Shown here piece after piece: positions 28,385-37,991 of a DNA stretch of 64,000 nucleotides; position 1 is the stretch's first letter, and each line of letters begins with the position of its first letter. Below the pieces are notes generated by a model. It saw only the letters and a list, made by a program, of their open reading frames with translations, did no database searches and was not told the DNA's origin. The stretch covers positions 1,493,720 to 1,557,719 of the forward strand of contig CBDFKK010000008.1 in NCBI GenBank assembly GCA_965248815.1. Direction: 5' to 3'. Position numbers and translations under genes: made by a program. Origin of the DNA: Alphaproteobacteria bacterium. Its GTDB lineage: Bacteria; Pseudomonadota; Alphaproteobacteria; SMXP01.

Positions 28385-28782
28385 GTCAGAGAGTTGTCGC
28401 CCGCCATCCAAACCGAAACACGCTTAATCTGATCGTCGTCGAATTCTAGCAACGTGAAATTATCCATCTCGTCGTTTTTGCCTGAGATTGTTTCTCTCTT
28501 AACTTTGAGGCGAATGGCCAAGTGGCCCGTGTCAACATTGGCAATGAATTGAAAATCGCCGTGCCAAGACTTTTTCACGGTTTGCGCGCGCCGGTCGTAG
28601 CTTTCCCGAACGGCCGGAAGCCCGACGTGCCGCACGCCATGCGTAGGCACCTCTAACACACAATCCGCGGTAAAATGAGACAGGATGCCATCGAGATTAA
28701 ACTCATCTACCGCCTTAAAATAACTCTCTGCGCGTGCAATCATCTTTGACAAATAGGAGTCATTGGTCATGATCTGGCCCAA
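28381..28782 (-). CDS. SnoaL/NTF2-like fold protein
   Basis: 133 aa. The YFKAVDEFNLDGILSHFTADCVLEVP pattern is typical of SnoaL-like polyketide-cyclase-fold proteins. Confidence 0.45.
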   Translation of the reverse strand: MGQIMTNDSYLSKMIARAESYFKAVDEFNLDGILSHFTADCVLEVPTHGVRHVGLPAVRESYDRRAQTVKKSWHGDFQFIANVDTGHLAIRLKVKRETISGKNDEMDNFTLLEFDDDQIKRVSVWMAGDNSLT

Positions 28783-28857
28783 TTATGCTTGCGGATTTGC
28801 GTTGATCCCAAATCAACGTACACTGGACTGAGTACCAAAACCAGCTAGGACCAGTCT

Positions 28858-29541
28858 TTGACCACGCTCCCGCCGAAAAGAAACCTGGCCCAAAGACTAA
28901 GAAAGTTTTTCGGTCAGCGCGAAAGTAGTAATTTCGAAAACTCTCGCCAGTATTGGGAGGACCGATATAGTCTTGGCGGGCATTCCGGCAGAGGCTCATA
29001 CGGAGCCCTGGCGGACTACAAGGCCGCCTTTCTCAATGAATTCGTCGAAGAACACGACATTCAATCCGTTCTAGAATTTGGTTGCGGCGACAGCAATCAA
29101 CTTTCTCTTGCCAACTATCAGAATTATTTAGGGGTCGATGTTTCACCGACCGCAATTGAAGCCTGTCGGAAGAAATTCGATCGTGATGAGTCGAAATCCT
29201 TTTGCCTATTGAAAGATTTTGCTGCGGAAAAAGGAGACTTAGCGCTTTCTTTGAACGTGATTCATCATCTCGTTGAGGACAGTGTATTTGAAAGTCACAT
29301 GCGGGTTCTATTCGACAGTTCCAAAAAATTCGTCATCGTTTACTCTTCGAATTTCGAACGAGATGAGGGATTGTCTGATCACGTTCGCCATCGACAGTTC
29401 ACAAATTGGGTAGAAAAATATATGCCGGATTGGTCTTCGGCCGAAAAATTCGAAAATCCGCGCGCTTTAAATAGAGACCAAAACACACGAACAACGGCAG
29501 ATTTTTATGTTTTTTCCAGAAAAACTGCCGAAACGTATTAG
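28858..29541 (+). CDS. Class I SAM-dependent methyltransferase-like protein
   Basis: VLEFGCGDSNQ is methyltransferase motif I. The gene lies in a lower-GC stretch. Confidence 0.45.
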   Translation: MTTLPPKRNLAQRLRKFFGQRESSNFENSRQYWEDRYSLGGHSGRGSYGALADYKAAFLNEFVEEHDIQSVLEFGCGDSNQLSLANYQNYLGVDVSPTAIEACRKKFDRDESKSFCLLKDFAAEKGDLALSLNVIHHLVEDSVFESHMRVLFDSSKKFVIVYSSNFERDEGLSDHVRHRQFTNWVEKYMPDWSSAEKFENPRALNRDQNTRTTADFYVFSRKTAETY

Positions 29542-29781
29542 CCCGGTGCTTCATTCGACATGGGCAATCTAACTGCCCGTCACCAGAAACCGTCCTAATA
29601 ACGCCACCCTATGACGAAGCCGAGTAGAGCCCCCCACTGGCACGGCAGCCGACTGAGACTCACGCGATACCCTGATCACTCAACCATGAATGCGCACCTG
29701 CCATAAACTTTTCATGTTTTAGCATTCCGTCTAGAATCCTTCACGTAAGCGATCGGACTTTCCTTTGAACTGCGGGCATTT

Positions 29782-30945
29782 GTGCACATAGCCATGACCG
29801 GAATACCAACTGCTCTGCGCAATTGTTTGTTGATCGCAGCACTCGTAGCCACGGCAGGTGCGGCCGGTTATTATTTTGCTCTATCGCTCAATTATCCGCA
29901 TGCCGCAATAGGTGTGTCTATTGGGGGGGTGGCTACCATTGGCGCCATCACATTAAGAACTGCAGGGCTGCGTACGGCAGCCCTGTCTCTTACCTCCATC
30001 TTCCTAATATTGAGCCTATTGGAGTCGGGTCTCTATTTTTGGACCAATTCTCAGGTCAAGTCGCAACGAGACTACGATCCTAATTACAGGACCGGACCCC
30101 TGGGATACCATCTCAATCCATCAACCACAGTAACGGATCGAAAGTACTATCCGGACGGCACTCCCATTTATGAAGTGTCGTACAGTATTGGGCCCGACGG
30201 GCTGCGCGTCGTACCAGGAACGAATACGAGGAGCGGCGCCCCTCACGTCCTATTTTTCGGCGGATCATTCGTAATGGGAGAGGGCCTCAATGATGATCAA
30301 ACAATTCCATACTATTTCTCCGAAGCCTTGGGCGGCCAATACCACGTATTGAATTTTGGCGCTCCCGGCTACGGCACACATCAAATGTTGCGTTCCCTCG
30401 AATTGGACCTACCAAAGCAATCGATTACTGGCCCGACGCCTTACGCGATCTATCTCTTTTTTCCTGGGCATATTCACCGCGTTACCGGTCAAATTAATTG
30501 GGGACACGATGGCCCAATGTATGAGTTGACTGGAACTGGTGAGCCCAAATATGTCGGTGCCTTTAATCGATCCAGCAAGATTCTCAACTCGATCTATACG
30601 AGGTTTCTGACATATGACTTTGCCATAAGACCATTTACAGTCTCAAACGACCAAAAAATTAATCTCACTCTAAGCATTGTGCAAAAATCTCGTGATTTGC
30701 TGCGTGATAAATACGACGCCCAACTCATCGTTCTTCTGTGGGATAACAATTCAGAAATTTCAAATGAATTGCACTCTCGTTTGTTGCAGACGGATCTGGA
30801 ATTCGTTTTAAAATCAACTGCAACGAAAGATAAAGATTGGAAGAAGTACATTATTGCCGGTGACGGACATCCGTCTGCCGCGGCAACGGAGCCGATCGGA
30901 AAAATGCTAGCGCGCCATGTTGAGAACAAGAAAGCCCCCCAATGA
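29782..30945 (+). CDS. Membrane-anchored protein with GDSL/SGNH-hydrolase-like block ([11 protein letters not shown])
   Basis: N-terminal TM helices are followed by a soluble domain containing a Gly-Asp-Ser-like block. The family assignment is tentative. Confidence 0.3.
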   Translation: MHIAMTGIPTALRNCLLIAALVATAGAAGYYFALSLNYPHAAIGVSIGGVATIGAITLRTAGLRTAALSLTSIFLILSLLESGLYFWTNSQVKSQRDYDPNYRTGPLGYHLNPSTTVTDRKYYPDGTPIYEVSYSIGPDGLRVVPGTNTRSGAPHVLFFGGSFVMGEGLNDDQTIPYYFSEALGGQYHVLNFGAPGYGTHQMLRSLELDLPKQSITGPTPYAIYLFFPGHIHRVTGQINWGHDGPMYELTGTGEPKYVGAFNRSSKILNSIYTRFLTYDFAIRPFTVSNDQKINLTLSIVQKSRDLLRDKYDAQLIVLLWDNNSEISNELHSRLLQTDLEFVLKSTATKDKDWKKYIIAGDGHPSAAATEPIGKMLARHVENKKAPQ

Positions 30946-31082
30946 CTCCCTCATCGCAATTAGTTAGCGCAGTCATACCTGTCTACAACAACGAGAGGTA
31001 TATTTCGGACGCCATCGAAAGCGTGCTCGCCCAGGACTACTCACATTTCGAATTGATCGTCGTGGACGACGGCTCCACTGAT
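30942..31082 (+). pseudogene. Family-2 glycosyltransferase N-terminal fragment (47 codons) ending at the IS copy B junction
   Basis: [47 protein letters not shown] is the classic GT2 N-terminus. The frame runs into the IS at 31083, and there is no continuation beyond the IS. Confidence 0.65.
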
Positions 31083-31156
31083 TGTCCGTCGTCAGATAAA
31101 TTGGAACAGATTTCGATTTGAGCAAGCTGAGTCTTTGGCTCATCTGTTGTTTCAAT

Positions 31157-32137
31157 TTAAGCAGCGGCTTTGCGGTGTTGCAAGCGCCGGTGTTCGATTG
31201 TTTTTCGTTTAATCCTTTCTCTTTGCAATAGAATAGTTTGGCCGCGCCCGAAGTAGACGTCGGCAGGCGTGAGGTTCTTCAGGCTCTCGTGATATCGCTG
31301 GTGGTTGTAGTGGCCGACGAAGTCTTCGATCTGCGCTTCCAGGTCGCCAGGCAGATAATAGTTTTGCAGCAAGATGCGGTTCTTGAGCGTCTGATGCCAA
31401 CGCTCAATTTTGCCTTGCGTCTGCGGATGATAAGGCGCACCGCGTACATGCTTCATGCCTTGATCATCCATCCAGTCAGCAAGATCGCCAGCAATATAAG
31501 ACGGGCCATTGTCGGACAGCAGGCGCGGCTTGTGAACGACATTAACTTGATCGAGCCCGGATTCGGCGAGAGCTGCTTCCAGCGTTTCGGTAACGTCCTC
31601 AACCCTCATCGTGGTGCAGAGTTTCCACGCAATGATATAGCGCGAGAAGTCATCCAGGATCGTCGACAGGTAAAACCAGCCCCAGCCGATGACCTTGAGA
31701 TAGGTGAAGTCTGTCTGCCACATTTGATTTGGCGCCGTGGTCTTGTCTGTAAACTCGTCAGCCGCCTTGATGACAACAAAGGCTGGGCTGGTGATCAGAT
31801 CCAGAGCCTTGAGCAGGCGATACACCGAAGCTTCAGATACGAAGTAGCCTTGCGTATCGGTGAACCTGACAGCCAGCTCGCGCGGCGACAACTCAGGCTC
31901 TTCAAGCGCTAGATCAACGATCTTGTCTCGAACGTCATCGGGAATACGGTTCCATACCCGTCCCGGCTTTGGAGACCGATCTTCCAGCGCTTCCACACCG
32001 CCAGTTTGATACTGATCGTACCAGCGATAGAATGTTGTCCGTGGAATGCCGAGTGTATCCAGCGTGCGTTTAACTGGCAGATGTGATTGCTCAACCAGTC
32101 CGATGATCTCGGCCTTCTCGGATGCAGGATATCTCAT
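31157..32137 (-). CDS. IS3-family transposase OrfB, copy B (complete, 326 aa)
   Basis: Identical to copy A over the shared part. The C-terminus ...RKTIEHRRLQHRKAAA matches copy C. Confidence 0.85.
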   Translation of the reverse strand: MRYPASEKAEIIGLVEQSHLPVKRTLDTLGIPRTTFYRWYDQYQTGGVEALEDRSPKPGRVWNRIPDDVRDKIVDLALEEPELSPRELAVRFTDTQGYFVSEASVYRLLKALDLITSPAFVVIKAADEFTDKTTAPNQMWQTDFTYLKVIGWGWFYLSTILDDFSRYIIAWKLCTTMRVEDVTETLEAALAESGLDQVNVVHKPRLLSDNGPSYIAGDLADWMDDQGMKHVRGAPYHPQTQGKIERWHQTLKNRILLQNYYLPGDLEAQIEDFVGHYNHQRYHESLKNLTPADVYFGRGQTILLQRERIKRKTIEHRRLQHRKAAA

Positions 32138-32508
32138 TCGATATCCTCCCCATCCCCGATCATGCTTTTTTTCAGAAGGCGCAGTTCCAACGCTTGTTCG
32201 GCAACGACTTCCTTGAGGTCTTGCGCTTCGCGCCGTAAGTCCTTCACCTCACCAGTATTAGCGGCCCGCGCCGTATCGCCTGCCAGCCGCTTCTTGCCAG
32301 CTTCAAGAAACTCCTTCGACCAGGTGTAATACATGCCCTGAGCGATGCCTTCCTGACGGCAAAGCTCGGCAATGCTGTCTTCGCCGCGAAGTCCGGCAAG
32401 CACAATCCGTATCTTCTCTTCAGCTGAATAGCGTTTGCGCGTCCAGCGGCGAATATCCTTGACTGTACGTTCCGCAGCTTCTTGATGGCGCACTGTTTTG
32501 TCTCTCAT
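32134..32508 (-). CDS. IS3-family transposase OrfA, copy B
   Basis: Identical to the copy A OrfA. Confidence 0.85.
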   Translation of the reverse strand: MRDKTVRHQEAAERTVKDIRRWTRKRYSAEEKIRIVLAGLRGEDSIAELCRQEGIAQGMYYTWSKEFLEAGKKRLAGDTARAANTGEVKDLRREAQDLKEVVAEQALELRLLKKSMIGDGEDIE

Positions 32509-32594
32509 CGTCCACTCCTCTCGTGTGACGATGGGCCAAAAACTCTCCCTTACGCAATTCCCTCAATCTGTCCCATGAGTGCTGACGCCGGACA

Positions 32595-33834
32595 GATAAA
32601 AACCTAAGATGAGATAGAGGATCGTGCTCTTGCCAGCGCCGTTGGGCCCAATGATCGCCACCTTCGCATGTGGGCTTATGTCCAAATTGACGTTGTCAAG
32701 AATCTGCTGCCCTCCATAGCCAAAGGAAACACCAGCAAGTGAAACGGCGCCATCGAAGGAAATCTGCTGCGTGCCGTTGTAAGGCTCAAGTTCATCCGTT
32801 TTGGCAAGATTACGCAGAGTAATGAGAGACTCGTTTCCTGTAATAATGGAAGGCAAGGCGCGTATCGCCGAATTTGCATAGCCATTCAAGAGACCGGCAG
32901 CTACGTAAAAAGATAAAAGTTCGCCGATGGTCATGCTGCCTGTGGCAACCGCAGCGCCTCCCACGACCAGTATTACGATTCCTGCAAATCCCGTCACGGT
33001 GGTTTGCACTTGATTCATGATCGCATAGCTAAACGCCATTTTCTCGCCAGTTGCGCGAAGTTGGTCAATTTGTTCAGACTGACGACTGAGCTCTTCTCTC
33101 TCGAAGGACTGAATCTTCGTCAAATCCATATGCTTCAAAACGAACTGGATACCTTTGCTAAATCGCTCAAAGGATCTTTGGAAAACATAGACATTCTGCT
33201 TGGCAAGCTGGCTGGTTAGACGCGCCGCAAATAACAGAAGTGGCAAAATTAATAGACTGACCAAAAGCAAGAGCCAGTTCAAAAAAATAAGCACCACAAA
33301 CAAGGCAAGGCTTGAGAAAACCGAAGGAAGGAGACTCGTCATGAGCCCATTGCTCATGTTGTCGACGCGCTCCGTATCTTGAACGATGCGTGCATGAATG
33401 GTGTTTCGATCCATGCGGGTATGACTGTCCCTTGAAAGCTTGTATAGGACGTCGAGTAGGTCGCACCGAAGCTCCTTGATAGCACCTTTGATGACTTTCA
33501 AGTTTGCCCTGCGTAGCCAGAGCGAAATCCCGCTATTGAGAAATCGAATGACAAACACGCCGGCGCCGACATAGACCAGCAGCAGAATGTCGCCATTCGG
33601 AATAGCATCATCAAATTCCACTTTAATGAAATAAAGAATAGGTAAGACCAAAAGCGACTGTGCAGATGCAATTAATCCGTACGCACCAAGCTTTTTTTCC
33701 CGACCTTGGAAGTATCGCGCGAAATATTTCCAAGCATCGAGGTCGAAAAGCTCTTTGTTGTCGTTATCTGGCGGTGCGTCCGCCAAATCCGGCGCCACGA
33801 CGTTATCTATCACTCTAGAAATCGATTTCAGCAC
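32595..33834 (-). pseudogene. ABC exporter (fused TMD-NBD, MsbA/McjD-like), truncated just after Walker A by the IS copy B junction
   Basis: Six-TM exporter domain followed by VAIIGPNGAGKSTILYLILGFY (Walker A). The Q-loop, ABC signature and Walker B are absent. The last 11 track residues are IS-derived. Confidence 0.65.
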
Positions 33835-33894
33835 GGCGACGAACCACTTATCGTAATTACCATTCAGGACGTTGCTTGCAGCAAGCGTTTATTT

Positions 33895-35103
33895 TTAGAC
33901 AGTCTTTTTAACTAGGCGCTCGTTGGGCGTGTCTCGCTGCGCGAGTTTCCGCCAAACCCGACCGAAGCCCTTCTTGACCAGCAAAACCAAGACTTCCATC
34001 CTCCCACGCAAGGCCCAGCGATATTGCAAATATTCGGGAAAGCCGAATAGACTCCGCACCAGCCCCCGGTGGTTTGCGAAGCGCCGGTATTCCGCATACG
34101 CAAGTATCAATGGTCCAAGAAACAGTTGATAGCTAATTCTTTTGTCTCGCATAACATAGTTATTTTCGAAAATCTCCATGGCTCCAATTTTTTGTGAAGC
34201 CAGTTCATTCAAGACCCAATCAGGCACCGGTTGGTCCATACGCTGCTCCAGATACGAAAAACCCTTACGCAAACGCAGTCCCAATTCACGCTCTTTGCCA
34301 AGATCGATCAAACGTCGCCAATCAATCTCGTCGTAAGAGCAATTCATGATCATCACGGCGTCAGCGATCCACCGAATTGATGGCATCGGATTCCAACGAA
34401 TCCCGTGAACAACGACGTGAAAGAGCATATCCGTCGGGTCAAGCATTTGGGTGGGCGTACCGTTGAAATCAAATGGTACACATGAATCCCAGAAATCCTG
34501 ATCGACATCACTTTGGCAACATTCAAACAAAGCGTGCCAATGTAAGTCGACTTCGCCTTTGTCTGGATCGCGAAATTGTATGGCATGGCGATAGATGAGG
34601 TCTTTGTCTGAAGCTCGTTGCGTGCGTTTCCAACCGGTACTCTCCAATTGCTCTATGGCGGTACGGGCCTTGTCGGTTGGAACGAGAATATCCAGATCGC
34701 TCATTGGCCTTAAAGCAATGTTGTCGTAGTACTGCAAAGAAAGTGGCGCACCTTTTAGCAGGAGGGTTTTGACGCCGGCTTTGTTCAAGTCCACCAGCGC
34801 TCGCTGTGTTGCGTAAAACAATTGATGTGTTTCGTACCAAGAGCGCCGGTAGATCCCTTTGAGTCGCGCCATAAAAGGATCGGAAACACCAAGCTTGTGA
34901 ACGTTATGGAAAAGGAGCGGCAGCAGGCGAAACGATCCTTGACCGAATTCACCTTCAGGATCGATCCTCTGCCTCCATTCAGTCCAGGCCTCTATTGCCT
35001 TTTCCCCGTCGAGCAAGGCTGCCCTCAACAAGAGTTCCTGCTCAAGTGTGGGCCACAGCCCCTCTTCATCAAAAGCGTCAACTAAATAGGGTGAACTGGA
35101 CAT
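33895..35103 (-). CDS. Nucleotidyltransferase-family protein (PF14907 'uncharacterised nucleotidyltransferase'-like)
   Basis: 402 aa. LLLKGAPLSLQYYDNIALRPMSDLDILVPTDKA fits the GS-x(n)-DxD minimal-nucleotidyltransferase motif of PF14907. Confidence 0.55.
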   Translation of the reverse strand: MSSSPYLVDAFDEEGLWPTLEQELLLRAALLDGEKAIEAWTEWRQRIDPEGEFGQGSFRLLPLLFHNVHKLGVSDPFMARLKGIYRRSWYETHQLFYATQRALVDLNKAGVKTLLLKGAPLSLQYYDNIALRPMSDLDILVPTDKARTAIEQLESTGWKRTQRASDKDLIYRHAIQFRDPDKGEVDLHWHALFECCQSDVDQDFWDSCVPFDFNGTPTQMLDPTDMLFHVVVHGIRWNPMPSIRWIADAVMIMNCSYDEIDWRRLIDLGKERELGLRLRKGFSYLEQRMDQPVPDWVLNELASQKIGAMEIFENNYVMRDKRISYQLFLGPLILAYAEYRRFANHRGLVRSLFGFPEYLQYRWALRGRMEVLVLLVKKGFGRVWRKLAQRDTPNERLVKKTV

Positions 35104-35436
35104 AACAGAAAAAAGTTTTCCAAAAATCTATGCAACGTGGCTTTTAAGAAGGCGCGCCGGCGGCGATATCTAGTCGTGACATTTTTCCTCGGTGCGGAAA
35201 GACAGCAGGAATCCATGCAGCTGGTTGCAAATTTCTGGTGCTGCGCCTAGCTATCCTTTGGTGTCGGCCAGCCGGTCTCATCAACGTCATGAATCGGATC
35301 TAGGAGGAGAAGATCTTGCATATCCGAATACACATCAAGAACGGGGATCTGGAACGGTGTTTTTGACTCATCAGTTGAAACTGCGTTGCCAGACGAGTCT
35401 AGACCGGCTCCATCGGCGCCGGCGTCCTGTACGGGC

Positions 35437-35724
35437 TCAATCAAATGTTCTTCCGTCAGCCGCATTATAATGTTCTTCCGTCAGCCGCATTATAAAGTCA
35501 GCAAGTGCAGCTTCCATATCCTGGCGGGGTGCATCATATTTGCTTTCAAGCGCCTTGATGAGCTGCCCGCGATGCAATCCCTGCTCGATCCAATCCCATA
35601 GCTCGGCGCCCGTATTCTGAATGCTGTAATAGTTGCCAGATTTCAGATTCATAATCACGACTTCGCCGTCGATCGTTTCGCTCACGACGGAAGGCGCCTT
35701 AACTCGATATTTTTCCTTCTCCAT
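35437..35724 (-). CDS. PqqD-family RiPP recognition element (lasso B1-like), C-terminally frameshifted by a 25-bp tandem duplication
   Basis: MEKEKYRVKAPSVVSETIDGEVVIMNLKSGNYYSIQNTGAELWDWIEQGLHRGQLIKALESKYDAPRQDMEAALADFIMRLTEE is a PqqD-fold consensus pattern. Removing one repeat unit joins it in frame to the ORF 35247-35465. Confidence 0.65.
   Translation of the reverse strand: MEKEKYRVKAPSVVSETIDGEVVIMNLKSGNYYSIQNTGAELWDWIEQGLHRGQLIKALESKYDAPRQDMEAALADFIMRLTEEHYNAADGRTFD
35446..35495. repeat. Perfect 25-bp tandem duplication (2 x tgttcttccgtcagccgcattataa)
   Basis: The units at 35446-35470 and 35471-35495 are identical. The length is not a multiple of 3 and it sits in the 3' end of the PqqD-family gene. 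Confidence 0.9.
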
Positions 35725-35811
35725 CCCGACCCCGATACTAAATTTGCTTCGCCAGATTAGGATATTGAGCAATTTCCGTTCCTAGGCGATCTATTTTCTG
35801 TACCACCAATT

Positions 35812-35955
35812 CTACCTGAAAACCTCGGATTTGATCCGTTTGTCTCTCACCCACCCCGCATCATCCGACTCAATATTAATAGTATTGAACAATTCTGCCA
35901 ATTCCGCACAGCGTGAATTGTACTTGGGATAGTTAACGTATTCGTGAATTTCCAT
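35812..35955 (-). CDS. Small 47-aa ORF immediately upstream of the PqqD gene; speculative RiPP precursor candidate
   Basis: It encodes MEIHEYVNYPKYNSRCAELAELFNTINIESDDAGWVRDKRIKSEVFR, has no strong SD sequence, and sits between the sulfotransferase stop and the PqqD start. Position is the only support; it does not fit the canonical lasso leader/core rules. Confidence 0.12.
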   Translation of the reverse strand: MEIHEYVNYPKYNSRCAELAELFNTINIESDDAGWVRDKRIKSEVFR

Positions 35956-36639
35956 CGAAGTAGGCTATCGGCAATCTAGATGGGCCAGGCTCGGACTAAT
36001 GTCTATCTCCGTTTTGCCGCCCAATAGCGACGCCTCGCATTCAAAATGAGCTTCTTGAATCTGTTTTCGCGCCAAGTCGCCACGCTTTCACGGGCCCATT
36101 CCAGCTTGTCGAGTTCAGTCAATGCTTCCAATACATCGTCGGGATTCTTAAATCGATCTAAAATCGTTGACGTGTTTTGCTTTTTGAATGATGGAAAATC
36201 GATTTCGAAATTTCGAACGCCAATAAATCTAAAAAGATCGCTTACAGTTTTTCTAGTCGCCAAATCAGAATATTCAATCTTAAGGATCGTGTTTTTGGCA
36301 CAGTTCTCGATCTGTTGTTCAACTGACGTATATTGCGCGGTCATTGAATCAATGTATTTTACAAATGCTTCCTTCTTAAATGACACTTTGACTTGACCAT
36401 TGGTAGACTGATCGACCATCAGCCACTCTTGAGTTTTGCTACCGATTGTTTGAGAGGAATATTGAGCAAGCAGATTCCGACGAGAAAGAATGATTTTCTT
36501 TATGTCTTGTGCGGTCAGGCAATGGTGCAATGCCTGGGGATCATGTGTGACCTGTCTGACATCAGCGCCTGTGGGACAGATGGAGTTGATTGTGTAACGG
36601 AGGATTTCTGGCTCATCGTCGTGACCGAAGGGAACGCAG

Positions 36640-37014
36640 ATGATCCAGAAATCCATGAGTTTGAAGGACGGCGCCGAGACGGCGGTACGGGACATCCGGC
36701 GCAAGACGCGCAAGCAATATTCAGCTGAAGAGAAGATCCGGATTGTGCTCTCGGGCCTGCGCGGCGAGGACAGCATCGCCGAGCTGTGCCGTCGGGAAGG
36801 GATCGCCGAGAGCCTCTACTACAGCTGGTCGAAGGAGTTCCTGGAAGCCGGCAAGAAGCGGCTTTCGGGGGATACCGCCCGCCAGGCGTCCTCGGGCGAG
36901 GTCAAGGACCTGCGCCGCGAGAGGCATGACCTCAAGGAAGCGCTTGCCGAACAGGTGCTGGAGAACCGGCTGCTTAAAAAAAGCATGATCGGGGATGGGG
37001 GAGACGGCGCATGA
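36640..37014 (+). CDS. IS3-family transposase OrfA, copy C
   Basis: 124-aa homolog of the A/B OrfA. It ends with overlap ATGA onto OrfB. Confidence 0.85.
   Translation: MIQKSMSLKDGAETAVRDIRRKTRKQYSAEEKIRIVLSGLRGEDSIAELCRREGIAESLYYSWSKEFLEAGKKRLSGDTARQASSGEVKDLRRERHDLKEALAEQVLENRLLKKSMIGDGGDGA
36976..36982 (+). promoter_or_regulatory. A_AAA_AAA slippery heptamer (putative -1 programmed ribosomal frameshift site for OrfAB fusion)
   Basis: CTTAAAAAAAGC sits in the OrfA 3' end, 30 nt before the OrfB ATG. The equivalent GAAAAAAAG occurs in copies A and B. Confidence 0.4.
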
Positions 37015-37991
37015 GATACCCCGCATCGGAGAAGCTCGAGATCATCCGCCTAGTCGAGCGATCCCATCTCCCGGTGCTGCGGACGCTGGACAAGCTCGGC
37101 ATCCCGGCAACGACGTTTTACCGATGGTACGACCGGTATTTGCGTGGTGGCGTACAAGCATTGGAAGACCGGTCTCCCAAGCCAAAACGCGTGTGGAACC
37201 GCATCCCCGATGATATTCGAGAGCGGATCGTCGATATGGCTCTTCAGGAACCGGAACTGAGCCCGCGCGAGTTGGCAGTGCGGTTCACTGATACGCAAAG
37301 CTATTTTGTATCCGAAGCTTCAGTGTATCGCCTGCTCAAAGCTCTTGATCTGATTACCAGCCCGGCCTTCGTGGTCATCAAGGCTGCCAATGAGTTCCGC
37401 GACAAGACCACGGCGCCAAATCAAATGTGGCAGACCGACTTCACCTACCTCAAGGTCATCGGCTGGGGCTGGTTTTATCTCTCTACGATTCTTGATGACT
37501 TCTCGCGCTACATCATTGCGTGGAAGCTGTGCACCACGATGAGAGCTGAAGACGTCACTGATACGTTGGAAATGGCTCTGGAGGCATCGGGTTGCGATCA
37601 GGCAAATGTCGCACACAAGCCGCGTCTGCTATCTGACAATGGTTCAAGTTATATTGCCGGCGATCTTGCTGACTGGATGGATGATCAAGGCATGAGGCAT
37701 GTTCGCGGCGCGCCGTATCATCCGCAAACGCAAGGCAAAATCGAGCGTTGGCATCAAACGCTCAAGAACCGCATCTTGCTGGAAAACTATTATCTGCCCG
37801 GTGACCTAGAAGCGCAGATCGATGAGTTCGTGGGTCACTACAATCACCAGCGCTATCACGAGAGTCTGCAAAACCTCACGCCCGCAGATGTTTACTTTGG
37901 GCGCGGCCAAACCATTCTATTGCAAAGAGAAAGGATCAAGCGAAAAACGATCGAGCATCGGCGCTTGCAACACAGCAAAGCCGCTGCTTAA
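37011..37991 (+). CDS. IS3-family transposase OrfB, copy C
   Basis: 326 aa with HTH plus DDE rve core. It is colinear with the copy B OrfB. Confidence 0.85.
   Translation: MRYPASEKLEIIRLVERSHLPVLRTLDKLGIPATTFYRWYDRYLRGGVQALEDRSPKPKRVWNRIPDDIRERIVDMALQEPELSPRELAVRFTDTQSYFVSEASVYRLLKALDLITSPAFVVIKAANEFRDKTTAPNQMWQTDFTYLKVIGWGWFYLSTILDDFSRYIIAWKLCTTMRAEDVTDTLEMALEASGCDQANVAHKPRLLSDNGSSYIAGDLADWMDDQGMRHVRGAPYHPQTQGKIERWHQTLKNRILLENYYLPGDLEAQIDEFVGHYNHQRYHESLQNLTPADVYFGRGQTILLQRERIKRKTIEHRRLQHSKAAA

Larger units (their letters stand above)
31083..32594 (-). mobile_element. IS3-family element, copy B (1512 bp, full length with both terminal inverted repeats)
   Basis: The ends are TGTCCGTCGTCAGATAAATTGGAACAGATTTCG at 31083 and TGTCCGGCGTCAGCACTCATGGGACAGATTGAGG reverse-complemented at 32594, forming an imperfect inverted repeat pair. 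GAT on both flanks is probably coincidental. Confidence 0.85.

Noticed and set aside
23247-32594. Composite transposon formed by directly oriented IS copies A and B around 6.4 kb of cargo
   Set aside because: Copy A has lost its outer terminal repeat, so the outer ends needed for transposition as a unit are not both present.
31080-32597. 3-bp GAT direct repeat flanking IS copy B as a target-site duplication
   Set aside because: Joining the flanks does not restore either neighbouring gene. The diverged copy C shows an 8-bp duplication. A 3-bp match has a 1/64 chance and is probably coincidental at a rearrangement junction.
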